DNA of 64,000 bases from Cyanobacteria bacterium P01_D01_bin.156 (GTDB lineage Bacteria; Cyanobacteriota; Cyanobacteriia; Phormidesmidales; Phormidesmidaceae), in assembly GCA_039024555.1 (NCBI GenBank), contig JBCCQQ010000008.1, positions 64,001 to 128,000 of the forward strand. Direction: 5' to 3'. How positions within the stretch are numbered: position 1 is the first letter of the stretch; every line of letters begins with the position of its first letter. Position numbers and translations under genes: made by a program. Under the pieces are notes generated by a model, which was given only the letters and a program-made list of their open reading frames with translations, did not search any database and had not been told where the DNA came from. This document shows, piece by piece, positions 10,273 to 20,600 of the stretch.

Positions 10273-13200
10273 GTCAGTTTTATCAACAGCTTTCTAAACT
10301 TACGCCGGAACAGCGCGCCCTATTTGAGAAAAAACTAGCCGAAAAAGGTCTGCAGGCTCCCAAAGTAGGCACAATCCCCCAGCGTTCTCCTGGACAGCCC
10401 ATACCGCTGTCCTTTGCCCAGCAACGCCTATGGTTTGTACAACAACTTGATCCAGAAAACACGGCTTACAATGTAGCAAGTGTATTTAAGCTACAGGGAT
10501 CATTAGATTTCCTTGCTTTAGAAAAGAGTTTGAATACCCTGGTAGAGCGCCATGAAACCCTGCGTACTCGCTTTGTTAGCAATCGTGAAAATCAGCCAAA
10601 GCAGGTCATTGATTCACCCAGTTTTCGACCTCTTGAGAGAGTAGACCTAACGGCCTCTGAGTATCCTAAAGATTCAGCCCATAGGAAGATTCAGGAGATT
10701 ACTCAAACACCCTTTGACCTGACTCAATCTATTTTGCGAACAGCACTGCTGAAGCTAGAAGAAGAGATTCATCTGCTGGTACTGACTACCCACCACATTG
10801 TTAGCGACCGCTGGTCGGTGATGGTATTCCTGAGGGAAATGACCATTCTTTATCGGGCATTTTCCCAAGGGATGGGGTCTCCCCTGCCCCCTTTGCTCGT
10901 GCAGTATGCAGACTGGGCCATCTGGCAGCGGCAGCAGCTCCAGGGTGACAAACTACAGCAGCAGCTCCACTACTGGACCACACAGCTAGACGGAGAGCTG
11001 CCGGTGCTGGACCTGCCCAGGGATAGGGGCTATGGCGCTGTTGCCACATACCGGGGAGCTCAGGTGCCGATTCAGATTACTCCTGATTGTTCTGAACAGC
11101 TAAAATCCTTAGCCAGCAGGCATCAGGTTACTCTGTTTACGCTGTTGCTAACCACCTTTAAGGTGCTGCTCCATCGTTACACTAACAGCGATGATATTGT
11201 GGTAGGCAGCGATATTGCCAATCGAGATCGCACCGAAACTGAAGGGTTGATCGGTCTACTGGTCAATACCCTAGTATTTCGCAGTGATTTATCCAACAAT
11301 CCCAGATTTAGCGATCTGCTCAACCAAGTGCGTGAGACTGTTGTAAATGGTCTCGCACACCAGGATTTACCCTTTGAGAAACTGGTAGAAGCCATCAACC
11401 CCGAGCGTCATCTAAGCCAGATGATGCCCCTGTTCCAGGTAAAACTGGACCTGCAACAGGTGAATGTCAAACCCATGGAGTTGGATGGCCTCACTCTTGA
11501 GCGTTATCCTCTACAAGATAATCAGGCCAAATACGAACTTCGGTTTAACCTCCAAGATACGGAACAGGGAATTAGCGGACAGGTGGAGTATAACTGCGAC
11601 TTATTTGATGCAGACACCATTGTTCGAATGGTAGGGCACTGGCAAATATTGTTGGAAGGAATTGTTGCAGATGTCCATCAACGACTCTCACAGCTGCCAT
11701 TACTGAAAGAACAAGAAAAGAATACTCTCCTAATCAACTGGAACCAAACCCAGCAGGACTATCCCACCGATAGCTGCATTCATGAGCTGTTTGAAAAGCA
11801 GGTAGAGAAAAGCCCCGACGCCGTTGCAGTGGATGATGGGGATATTTCCCTCACCTATGCAGAGCTAAATGTAGAGGCGAATCGGTTGGCTTGGCATTTG
11901 CGATCGCAGCAGGTCGCCCCAGAAACTCGAATCGGCATCTGCATGGATCGCTCCTGGCATATGGTGGTGGGCCTGTTGGCGATTTTGAAAGCGGGGGGAA
12001 CGTATGTTCCATTGGATCCAGCTTATCCGAAAGAGCGGCTAGAATTGATTGTCCAAGACGCTGAGATTCCCTTACTGCTTACCCAGAAAGGAACGTTTGA
12101 AACCGATCAGGCTGTTCAAGTAATTGATCTTGAAAAACTGTCCGAGAACGAAGAGATTTCCAGGGAAGATGCTATCGGTGCTCCAGGCCCCCAAACCCCC
12201 AATGCTGGGGGCTTTGAATCTTATCCCAAAGAAAATTTAGATATCAACGTTACTTCGAATCATCTTGCCTACGTTATTTACACCTCCGGGTCCACCGGTC
12301 GCCCCAAAGGCGTAGCTATCGAGCACCGTAGCACCGTAGCTATGCTTCACTGGGCTCAGGAACAATTTACCACCGAAGAGATTTCAGGAGTGCTAGCCGC
12401 AACATCTGTTTGTTTTGATCTCTCAGTCTTTGAACTCTTTGTGCCCCTAAGCTGGGGTGGTCGAGTTGTTCTGGTGGAGAATGCCCTGACTTTGCCGAAG
12501 CTACCCGACAAGGCAAATGTTAGCCTAATCAACACAGTTCCCAGCGTTCTCAATCAGCTACTAAAGCTCAGCCCGCTGCCCAATTCTATTCGAGTTGTCA
12601 ACCTTGCAGGCGAAGCACTACCCGTCACTCTGGTACAGCAGCTACAGACAATTTCTCATGTTCAAAAAATCTACAATCTCTACGGTCCCTCGGAAGACAC
12701 CACCTACTCCACATGTGCTCCGCTGCATACTGGAACAGTTGAGCGCGTCCCCATAGGCAAACCCATCACCAACACCCAAGCTTACGTGCTGGACCGCTAT
12801 CAACAGCCAGTACCAGTGGGCGTTGTGGGAGAACTCTATTTGGGCGGTGCTGGACTAGCACGGGGCTATTTGAACCGACCAGAACTAACAACAGAGAAGT
12901 TTGTTGAGAATCCGTTGGCGGACTTTCCCTTCCGACTTCCGACTTCCGACTTCCGACTTTATAGAACTGGAGACCGCGTCCGCTACCTCCCTGACGGTTC
13001 TCTCGAATTTCTGGGTCGCTTCGATCACCAGGTGAAGATTCGCGGCTTTCGGATTGAAATTGGGGAAGTGGAAACAGCATTGCGAAAGCATCCAGCGGTT
13101 CAGGATGTAGTGGTCACCGTTTATGGGGAACAGGAAAAGACGCTAGTAGCCTATGTGGTACCGAAGGAAGCTGCAGAGGATAGTGATTCTCTTACTAAGA

Positions 13201-16200
13201 AACTGCGCAGTGACTTGCTAGCAACGCTGCCCGACTATTTGGTGCCAACGCTATGGGTACAGATGGAAGCTCTGCCCCAGTTACCCAATGGCAAGGTTAA
13301 TCGTCGAGCATTACCCCGGCCAGAAGTCCAATCCCGTGGCATCTATGTTGCTCCTAGATCCTCCCTTGAGAAAACGCTGGCCACAATCTGGGGTGATGTG
13401 CTTCAGCAAGCAACCGTTGGCATCCACGACAACTTCTTTGAGCTGGGCGGCCATTCCCTATTAGGTATTCAGATTGTTGCCCAGGCAGAAGCCGCCCTTG
13501 GGTACAGTATTCCTCTGCGCACCCTGTTTCAGGCACCGACCATTGCTGGCTTTGCCGCTCTGCTTGAAACGGATAATACCTCCACAGAAGCAGTAGAACA
13601 GTTTCCTAACATTAACGCCGACTTACCCCAGCGCCATCAGCCATTTCCTCTCACTGATATTCAACAGGCCTACTGGCTGGGCCGGGTACAGGCATTTGAA
13701 CTCGGCAATATTGGCACCCACGGCTACCGAGAATTTGATATATCAGGGCTGTCTATGGTCCAGGTAGAACAGGCACTTAACAGACTAATTGAGCGCCACG
13801 ATATGTTGAGGGCGGTGGTGAATTCCGAAGGGCAGCAACAGATTTTAGCAGAGGTGCCCCATTACAGCATCGCAGTCACCGATTTGCGAGCAAATACCGC
13901 CGTACATAAGGATGCCCGGTTGACTGAGCTACGCGATCGCATGTCCCACCAGGTCTTCACCCCAGACCAGTGGCCCCTATTTCAAATAGAAGCTGCCCAG
14001 CTAGAGGATAATAAAGTTAGATTTTACGTCAGTTTTGACGTGCTAATCGGCGATGCCTGGAGCTTTCAACTGTTGGGTAGAGAAATGGCCCAGCTAATCC
14101 GTGGCGAAAGTCTTACCCCGCTCTCCATCAGCTTCCGCGACTATGTCCTTGCGGAACAAGCCTTTCGTCAGACTAGTGCTTACGAAAAGGCCATGGACTA
14201 TTGGCAACAAAAACTGCCAAAGATTCCCCCTGCGCCTGATTTGCCTTTGACCATGGCTCCTAGTCAGGTGGATTCCCCCAAATTTGAGCGACGAAGCGGT
14301 CGTCTGGAACCAGAACTATGGCAACGGCTTAAGCAAAAGGCCCACGCAGCTAACTTGACACCGTCGGGGTTGGTACTAGCCGCCTTTGCCGAGATTCTTA
14401 CCATTTGGAGCCGTCAGCCTCAGTTCACCCTAAATCTGACTCTGTTTAATCGACAGCCGGTGCATCCAGACGTGAATTATCTAGTGGGAGACTTTACGGC
14501 TTCTCTACTATTGGCCGTTGATAATGGCGGCAGCGACACCTTTACTACCCGCGCCCAGCGATTACAGACTCAGCTATGGAACGACCTAGATAATCGCGCT
14601 GTCAGCGGTGTGCAGGTGCTACGGGAATTAGCACGACAGCAAAACCGTAGCCCCGGTGCATTAATGCCAGTAGTCTTCACCAGCACCCTAAGTCAGGCGA
14701 TTCCAGCTACAGCATCTAGGGACTGGCAAACCGAAACAGTCTACAGCGTTAGTCAAACCTCCCAGGTATATCTGGACCATCAGGTTTCCGAAATAGCAGG
14801 TGCACTGGTCTTTAACTGGGATGCGATCTCATCCTTGTTCCCTGCAGGGATGCTGGACCAAATGTTTGCGGCCTATGACCAGTTGTTAAATCAACTAGCT
14901 ACAGACAACTGGCAGACTTTACCTCGTCTGGCTCCCGCCGATTATCTTTTAGAGATTAATCAGACTAGCAAAGTACTCACCAAAGAACAGCATCTGCTAC
15001 ACACCCTGTTCTTTGAGCGGGTACAACAGCAGCCTGATCATCCGGCGGTCATTACCCCCGAGCGAACGCTCACATACAAGGAGCTGGCCCAGCAGGTACA
15101 TGCCCTATCCCATCGGCTAGAGACCAGCCCCAATCAGCTGGTGGCCGTTTCTATGGCAAAAGGCTGGCAGCAGGTGGTAGCGGTGCTGGCTATTCTCACA
15201 GCAGGCGCAGCCTATGTCCCTATTGATCCCACACTTCCTCAGGAACGCCGCTGGCAGCTACTCGGGGATACTGCCGCCGAGATTGTTCTAACGGTTGAAC
15301 CTGGCGGCTGGCCCGAACACGTTCAGCAGTTAACCGTTAACTTTGTCGATCTTGTTTTTGACAACATCGCCTGGGAACCACTTCAGAGAGAAACCGATCT
15401 GGCCTACGTTATCTACACCTCTGGCTCTACAGGCACTCCAAAGGGAGTGATGATAGACCATCGGGGCGCAGTCAATACTATTTTGGATATTAATCAGCGG
15501 TTTGAAGTAGGAGAAGACGACCGTATCTTCGCCCTCTCTTCCCTGAGCTTTGACCTATCGGTATATGACATCTTTGGCACCTTAGCAGCTGGGGCAACAA
15601 TGGTCATCCCCGACGCTGATCAAGTAAAAAACACAGTCCACTGGCGACAGCTATTAATCGAGCATCAGGTCACCATTTGGAACTCAGTCCCAGCACTGAT
15701 GCAACTGCTGTTATCCGAATTGAATAACGGAGAGAATACCGCTACACATATACGGTTAGCACTCCTCAGCGGCGACTGGATTCCCCTCACCTTGCCAGAC
15801 CAGTTCAAGCAGCGGTGCCCCAAAGCAGATCTAATCAGCCTGGGGGGCGCCACCGAAGCCTCCATCTGGTCAATATTCTACCCAATTGATACGGTAGACC
15901 CTAGCTGGTCCAGCATTCCCTATGGTCGCCCCCTAGCCAACCAGCAGTGGTATGTGCTGGATGAGAACTTACAGCCCTGCCCCCCTTGGGTTCCCGGCCA
16001 TTTATATATCAGCGGCATTGGTCTTGCAAAAGGCTACTGGAATCAACCTGAATTGACTGCAGAAAGATTTATTGAAAGTCCCTTCGAGAAAGCAGGTGAG
16101 CAGTCTTCATCCCTTCCCACCCTCACTCCTTCACTCCATCTACCTTCCGAATTTCGAATTCCAAATTCCGAATTCCGCCTTTATAAAACCGGCGACCTCG

Positions 16201-17636
16201 GCCGCTACCTTTCCGATGGTAATCTCGAATTTCTCGGTCGCGAAGACTTCCAGGTAAAGAGCAACGGCTATCGCATCGAGCTGGGAGAGATTGAAACGGC
16301 GCTGCAGCAGTATACAGCCATCGAATCAGCGGTGGTGAATGCAGTAGGGACACCGCCGGAGCTGGTGGCCTATGTGGTGCCTAAGGTGGGTAATGCGCTC
16401 AACCAGCCCCTGGCTAAGCTGGAGTTTAAACAACAGCAGTTGGGGATTCGTGCGATCGCACACTCCGAAGAAACTGTCGAACTGCCCCTACCCGAAAGCC
16501 ACACATCAGAGGACCTTCTCCGCCGCCAAAGCCATCGGCAGTTTCTAGAACAGCCTGTCACCCTAGCCAGATTTAGTCAGTTTTTATCGGCCCTCAAATC
16601 CCAATCCTTCCCAACAGCGCCGTTACCAAAATATCGCTATGCGTCCGCCGGGAGTCTCTACCCAATTCAAACCTATGTGCATGTTAAAGAAAATCGTATC
16701 GCTGGTCTGGTAGCTGGTTGGTATTACTATCATCCAGCAGAGCATCATTTGGTAAGACTGGCGGAATCGCCCAGTTCATCAAATCTATACGGTCCTCACC
16801 AACAGCTCCATGACGACAGTGCCTTTAGCCTATTTCTGGTGGCTCAGATGGAAGCTATTGAACCTGTTTACGGCGATAAAGCTCGAGATTTTTGTCTAAT
16901 TGAAACGGGCTATATGGGTCAGCTGTTAATGGAAAAAGCCCCTGATTTTGACCTGGGGTTATGTCCCATCGGTGGCTTTAATAGTGATGCATTGCGAGAG
17001 ATTTTAGACCTTAGCGAGCACTACCAGCCCCTCCATGCCCTGGTAGGCGGAGCCATTGATACTCAGTGGTCTCAGCAGTGGATGGTCAACGCTCCCCGCA
17101 GCGTATCCATTACAGATACCTTACGTAAGCACCTTAGCAATACGCTACCTAGCTATATGGTGCCTACCCGCTATCAAATTTTAGAGAAAATCCCACTGAC
17201 CCCCAATGGCAAAGTGGACAGACGGGCACTGCCAGTTCCTGCGTTGGGAGCCACCACTGAATATATCGCCCCGAACACTCCAACAGAGATCAAGATTGTC
17301 CAGCTGTGGCAAACGCTTTTAGAAGTGGAACAAGTGGGCATTAACGACAACTTCTTTGAAGTGGGCGGTAACTCTCTAACGGCTATGCAGCTCCTATCCA
17401 AGCTGCAGCAAACATTCTCTACAGAATTAACCATTGCCCAGCTATTTGGGTCACTTACTCCAGCTCTCCAGGCCCAGCTGGTAGATTCATCGGTTGGGGC
17501 ATCTCAACAAGAAGCGATTCAACCTGCGGCCAGGGAAACAGATTTACCCGATATCACTACCCTATCGGACATAGACGTGGACGACATGCTAGCCCAGCTG
17601 CTAGCGGAGAACGATCAGCAGGAGGTGACACCATGA
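10269..17636 (+). CDS. NRPS C-A(Ala)-T-Cy-A(Cys)[embedded FMN oxidase]-T; thiazole-forming
   Basis: C HHIVSDRWS. A1 code DLFNNALTYK (Ala). Cy motifs FPLTDIQQAYWLGR, DVLIGD, PVVFTS, SQTSQVYLDHQ. A2 code DLYNLSLIWK (Cys). Ox insert RRQSHRQF...KYRYASAGSLYP lies between A8 and A10. Confidence 0.93.
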   Translation: MSQFYQQLSKLTPEQRALFEKKLAEKGLQAPKVGTIPQRSPGQPIPLSFAQQRLWFVQQLDPENTAYNVASVFKLQGSLDFLALEKSLNTLVERHETLRTRFVSNRENQPKQVIDSPSFRPLERVDLTASEYPKDSAHRKIQEITQTPFDLTQSILRTALLKLEEEIHLLVLTTHHIVSDRWSVMVFLREMTILYRAFSQGMGSPLPPLLVQYADWAIWQRQQLQGDKLQQQLHYWTTQLDGELPVLDLPRDRGYGAVATYRGAQVPIQITPDCSEQLKSLASRHQVTLFTLLLTTFKVLLHRYTNSDDIVVGSDIANRDRTETEGLIGLLVNTLVFRSDLSNNPRFSDLLNQVRETVVNGLAHQDLPFEKLVEAINPERHLSQMMPLFQVKLDLQQVNVKPMELDGLTLERYPLQDNQAKYELRFNLQDTEQGISGQVEYNCDLFDADTIVRMVGHWQILLEGIVADVHQRLSQLPLLKEQEKNTLLINWNQTQQDYPTDSCIHELFEKQVEKSPDAVAVDDGDISLTYAELNVEANRLAWHLRSQQVAPETRIGICMDRSWHMVVGLLAILKAGGTYVPLDPAYPKERLELIVQDAEIPLLLTQKGTFETDQAVQVIDLEKLSENEEISREDAIGAPGPQTPNAGGFESYPKENLDINVTSNHLAYVIYTSGSTGRPKGVAIEHRSTVAMLHWAQEQFTTEEISGVLAATSVCFDLSVFELFVPLSWGGRVVLVENALTLPKLPDKANVSLINTVPSVLNQLLKLSPLPNSIRVVNLAGEALPVTLVQQLQTISHVQKIYNLYGPSEDTTYSTCAPLHTGTVERVPIGKPITNTQAYVLDRYQQPVPVGVVGELYLGGAGLARGYLNRPELTTEKFVENPLADFPFRLPTSDFRLYRTGDRVRYLPDGSLEFLGRFDHQVKIRGFRIEIGEVETALRKHPAVQDVVVTVYGEQEKTLVAYVVPKEAAEDSDSLTKKLRSDLLATLPDYLVPTLWVQMEALPQLPNGKVNRRALPRPEVQSRGIYVAPRSSLEKTLATIWGDVLQQATVGIHDNFFELGGHSLLGIQIVAQAEAALGYSIPLRTLFQAPTIAGFAALLETDNTSTEAVEQFPNINADLPQRHQPFPLTDIQQAYWLGRVQAFELGNIGTHGYREFDISGLSMVQVEQALNRLIERHDMLRAVVNSEGQQQILAEVPHYSIAVTDLRANTAVHKDARLTELRDRMSHQVFTPDQWPLFQIEAAQLEDNKVRFYVSFDVLIGDAWSFQLLGREMAQLIRGESLTPLSISFRDYVLAEQAFRQTSAYEKAMDYWQQKLPKIPPAPDLPLTMAPSQVDSPKFERRSGRLEPELWQRLKQKAHAANLTPSGLVLAAFAEILTIWSRQPQFTLNLTLFNRQPVHPDVNYLVGDFTASLLLAVDNGGSDTFTTRAQRLQTQLWNDLDNRAVSGVQVLRELARQQNRSPGALMPVVFTSTLSQAIPATASRDWQTETVYSVSQTSQVYLDHQVSEIAGALVFNWDAISSLFPAGMLDQMFAAYDQLLNQLATDNWQTLPRLAPADYLLEINQTSKVLTKEQHLLHTLFFERVQQQPDHPAVITPERTLTYKELAQQVHALSHRLETSPNQLVAVSMAKGWQQVVAVLAILTAGAAYVPIDPTLPQERRWQLLGDTAAEIVLTVEPGGWPEHVQQLTVNFVDLVFDNIAWEPLQRETDLAYVIYTSGSTGTPKGVMIDHRGAVNTILDINQRFEVGEDDRIFALSSLSFDLSVYDIFGTLAAGATMVIPDADQVKNTVHWRQLLIEHQVTIWNSVPALMQLLLSELNNGENTATHIRLALLSGDWIPLTLPDQFKQRCPKADLISLGGATEASIWSIFYPIDTVDPSWSSIPYGRPLANQQWYVLDENLQPCPPWVPGHLYISGIGLAKGYWNQPELTAERFIESPFEKAGEQSSSLPTLTPSLHLPSEFRIPNSEFRLYKTGDLGRYLSDGNLEFLGREDFQVKSNGYRIELGEIETALQQYTAIESAVVNAVGTPPELVAYVVPKVGNALNQPLAKLEFKQQQLGIRAIAHSEETVELPLPESHTSEDLLRRQSHRQFLEQPVTLARFSQFLSALKSQSFPTAPLPKYRYASAGSLYPIQTYVHVKENRIAGLVAGWYYYHPAEHHLVRLAESPSSSNLYGPHQQLHDDSAFSLFLVAQMEAIEPVYGDKARDFCLIETGYMGQLLMEKAPDFDLGLCPIGGFNSDALREILDLSEHYQPLHALVGGAIDTQWSQQWMVNAPRSVSITDTLRKHLSNTLPSYMVPTRYQILEKIPLTPNGKVDRRALPVPALGATTEYIAPNTPTEIKIVQLWQTLLEVEQVGINDNFFEVGGNSLTAMQLLSKLQQTFSTELTIAQLFGSLTPALQAQLVDSSVGASQQEAIQPAARETDLPDITTLSDIDVDDMLAQLLAENDQQEVTP
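12188..12214 (+). repeat. Intragenic GC hairpin element CCCCCAAACCCCCA-ATGC-TGGGGGCTT
   Basis: CCCCCA/TGGGGG stem inside an extra segment (APGPQTPNAGGF) before the A3 motif. Resembles cyanobacterial short dispersed repeats. Confidence 0.6.
12929..12956 (+). repeat. Intragenic heptamer tandem repeat (CTTCCGA)4
   Basis: Directly before YRTGD of the Ala A domain. Confidence 0.95.
16091..16179 (+). repeat. Intragenic composite repeat: AGCAG remnants, CACTCC-type octamers and 5 degenerate TTCCGAA heptamers
   Basis: TTCCGAA TTTCGAA TTCCAAA TTCCGAA TTCCGCC at 16145-79, before YKTGD of the Cys A domain. Confidence 0.9.
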
Positions 17637-20600
17637 GTGCAACAAATTCTCCTGACTTAAAGAATCTCTCCCCTGAGCAGAAGCGAGAACTACTCGCTAA
17701 GCTGCTGAAAAAGAAGGCGGCGAAGCAGCCCCAGCGCACTGCTCAGAAATTCCCCCTATCCTTTGCTCAGCAGCGGCTATGGTTTATCGATCAGCTTCAG
17801 ACAGGACAAGCGGTTTATACCATTCCAGCTGCCCTCAGGCTCCAGGGAAATCTAAATGTAGATATTCTCCAGCGCTGTCTTGATGAAATTGTGACTCGCC
17901 ATGAAGTGCTGCGTACGCAGTTTGTGACAGAAGCGGGGGCACCATCCCAACAAGTTCAACCTCCAACAAATGTGAACTTACCTGTGATAGTCCTGGATGG
18001 AGCGAGCGACAATTTAGAACAACAGATTCGGCCATATCTTAAAGCTTTGGTAGAACTGCCCTTTGACCTGGCCACAGGGCAACTGCTGCGCTGCCAGCTC
18101 ATACGCTTGAGTGCTACCGACCATGTATTGGCCCTAGGCGTTCACCATATTGTTGCTGATTACTGGTCACTACGGGTATTCATGAAGGAAATTGCCCTGC
18201 TGTACCAGGCATTCTCCCAAAATCAGCCGTCGCCGCTGCCTGCTCTGCCAATTCAGTATGCGGACTATGCCGTTTGGCAGCAACAAAATCAACAAACTAG
18301 CCAGTCCCAGCTTGACTACTGGCTAGAGAAACTGGCAAATCCACCATCCATACTACAGCTACCGACGGACCACCCTCGCCCGGCTGTGCAAACATTTCAC
18401 GGAGCGCGACACAGTTTTGCTTTATCAAAGCCTCTTTCAGATCAGCTATCAGCCCTAGGGCAACAGCACCAAGCAACACTGTTTATAACGCTCCTAGCAG
18501 CCTTTAAGGTGCTGCTATATCGCTACTCTGGCCAAGGTGATATTTTGGTTGGGTCTACGGTTACAAACCGCGATCGCACCGAGCTACAAAATCTAATCGG
18601 ACTATTCGTCAACAACTTAGTATTCCGTAGCCAGATAGATGCTCAGCTCACGTTCAAACAGCTCTTAGACCAGGTAAAGAGAACTGCCCTAGATGCTTAT
18701 GCTCACCAGGAGGTCAGCTTTGAGCAGGTGGTAGATGCTCTACAAGTAGAGCGGCAGCTTAGCCGCAATGCGCTATTCCAGGTGATGTTTATTCTCCACA
18801 ACACCCCCAAGGCATCGGTCTCTTTGCCAGAGCTAAACGTAAGCGCTCTGGAATTTACAAACAACGCCTCCCGGTTTGACCTAAGCTTGGACATTTACGA
18901 AACCGAGGCAAGATTGACCGGTGTATTTGAGTACAACACCGATCTGTTTGACGCCGATACTATCACCCGGCTGGCCGTCCATTTTGAAACATTGCTAGAG
19001 GGGATTGTTGCTGCACCCAACACAACTGTTGGGCATTTACCCCTGTTGCCACCATCGGAGCTAGAAACCCTGGCTAGTTGGAATCAGACAAAAATAGCTA
19101 TTCCAGAGGTATGTGCCCACAAACTGGTTGAAGCGCAGGCGGCAAGAACACCGGACGCGTCTGCCCTTACCGTCGACAACAAATTGCCGGAGCGTATTGC
19201 ATCCCAGTTTGTGGCCCCAGAGAAACTCTGGACCTACCAGCAACTAAACCAGAGCGCCAACCGGGTAGCTCGTTTCCTTAAGACCCAGGGCGCAGTTCCT
19301 GGCAGCCGCATTGCCCTAGCTTTTAACCGCTCCGCTGAACTGGTAATTACCCTGCTGGCAGTTCTGAAGCTAGGGGGCACCTACATACCCCTCGATCCCA
19401 CCCATCCCACCGAACGGCTGCGGCATATTCTCCAGGATGCACATGTGGCAATGGTGCTAACCGCAGATAAGGCTTTTGCTGAGGACAGCCTACCTTCAGA
19501 AACTAAGCTGTTGGATCTTAAACAACATACAGAACTAATCGAACAGCAGTCTTTTGAGAATCTTGGCAACACTACCACAGCAGAAGATTTAGCCTACATC
19601 ATCTACACCAGTGGCAGTACCGGCAAACCGAAAGGAGTGCCTATCCGTCACCGTAGCCTGGTCAACCTACTTAGCTCCATGGCTAAGTCCCCCGGCATCA
19701 CCGCAGACGATGCCCTTTTAGCCGTGACCACCGTCGCCTTTGACATTGCCACTCTGGAGTTGTTACTACCCCTAACCGTAGGTGCCCGCTTGGCCATTGC
19801 CAGCCCCGATACCGTATGTGATGCAAGTCGGCTAATGTCTCAAATTGCCAACGATGGAATCACCATTATGCAGACCACCCCAGCAACCTGGCGATTATTA
19901 CTGGACTCTGGCTGGAAAGGAAAAGAAACTCTCAAAATTCTCTGCGGCGGCGAAGCCCTAGATCCTGGATTAGCTCAGCAGCTTCTCCCCTGCAGCAGTG
20001 AGTTATGGAATATGTACGGTCCCACTGAAACCACCATCTGGTCAGGAGCCTTACACATTACTGAAGAAAAGCTTACAGGGCAAACTGTTCCCATCGGCGG
20101 AGCCATCGACAACACCCAGTTTTACATTCTCGATGCCCAGCATCAACCCGTTCCCATAGGCGTTTCCGGAGAGCTTTGCATCGGTGGCGCAGGATTAAGC
20201 CCTGGGTATTTAAATCGTGATGAACTAACGGCGGAAAAGTTTGTTCTTAATCACTTTTCAGGGGAGCAGGGGAGCAGGGAAGCAGAGGAGCGGAGGAATG
20301 ACTTCCGACTTCCGACTTCCGACTTCCGACTTTATAAAACCGGCGATCTCGCCCGCTACCGCCCCAACGGCACCCTCGAATACCTGGGCCGTCTGGATCA
20401 CCAAATCAAGCTGCGAGGTTTCCGCATTGAGTTGGGAGATATTGAAACCGCTCTTACCCAGCATAAAGATATTGATCAGGCCTTCGTGGTTCTCTGGAAG
20501 AACTCGTCTGATGATCCTCAGCTAGTAGCCTACTGCAAGGTTTGGTCTACAGCCATTGCAAAAGACCCTCAGACCATCCGCCAGCATCTCAGTGAACAGC

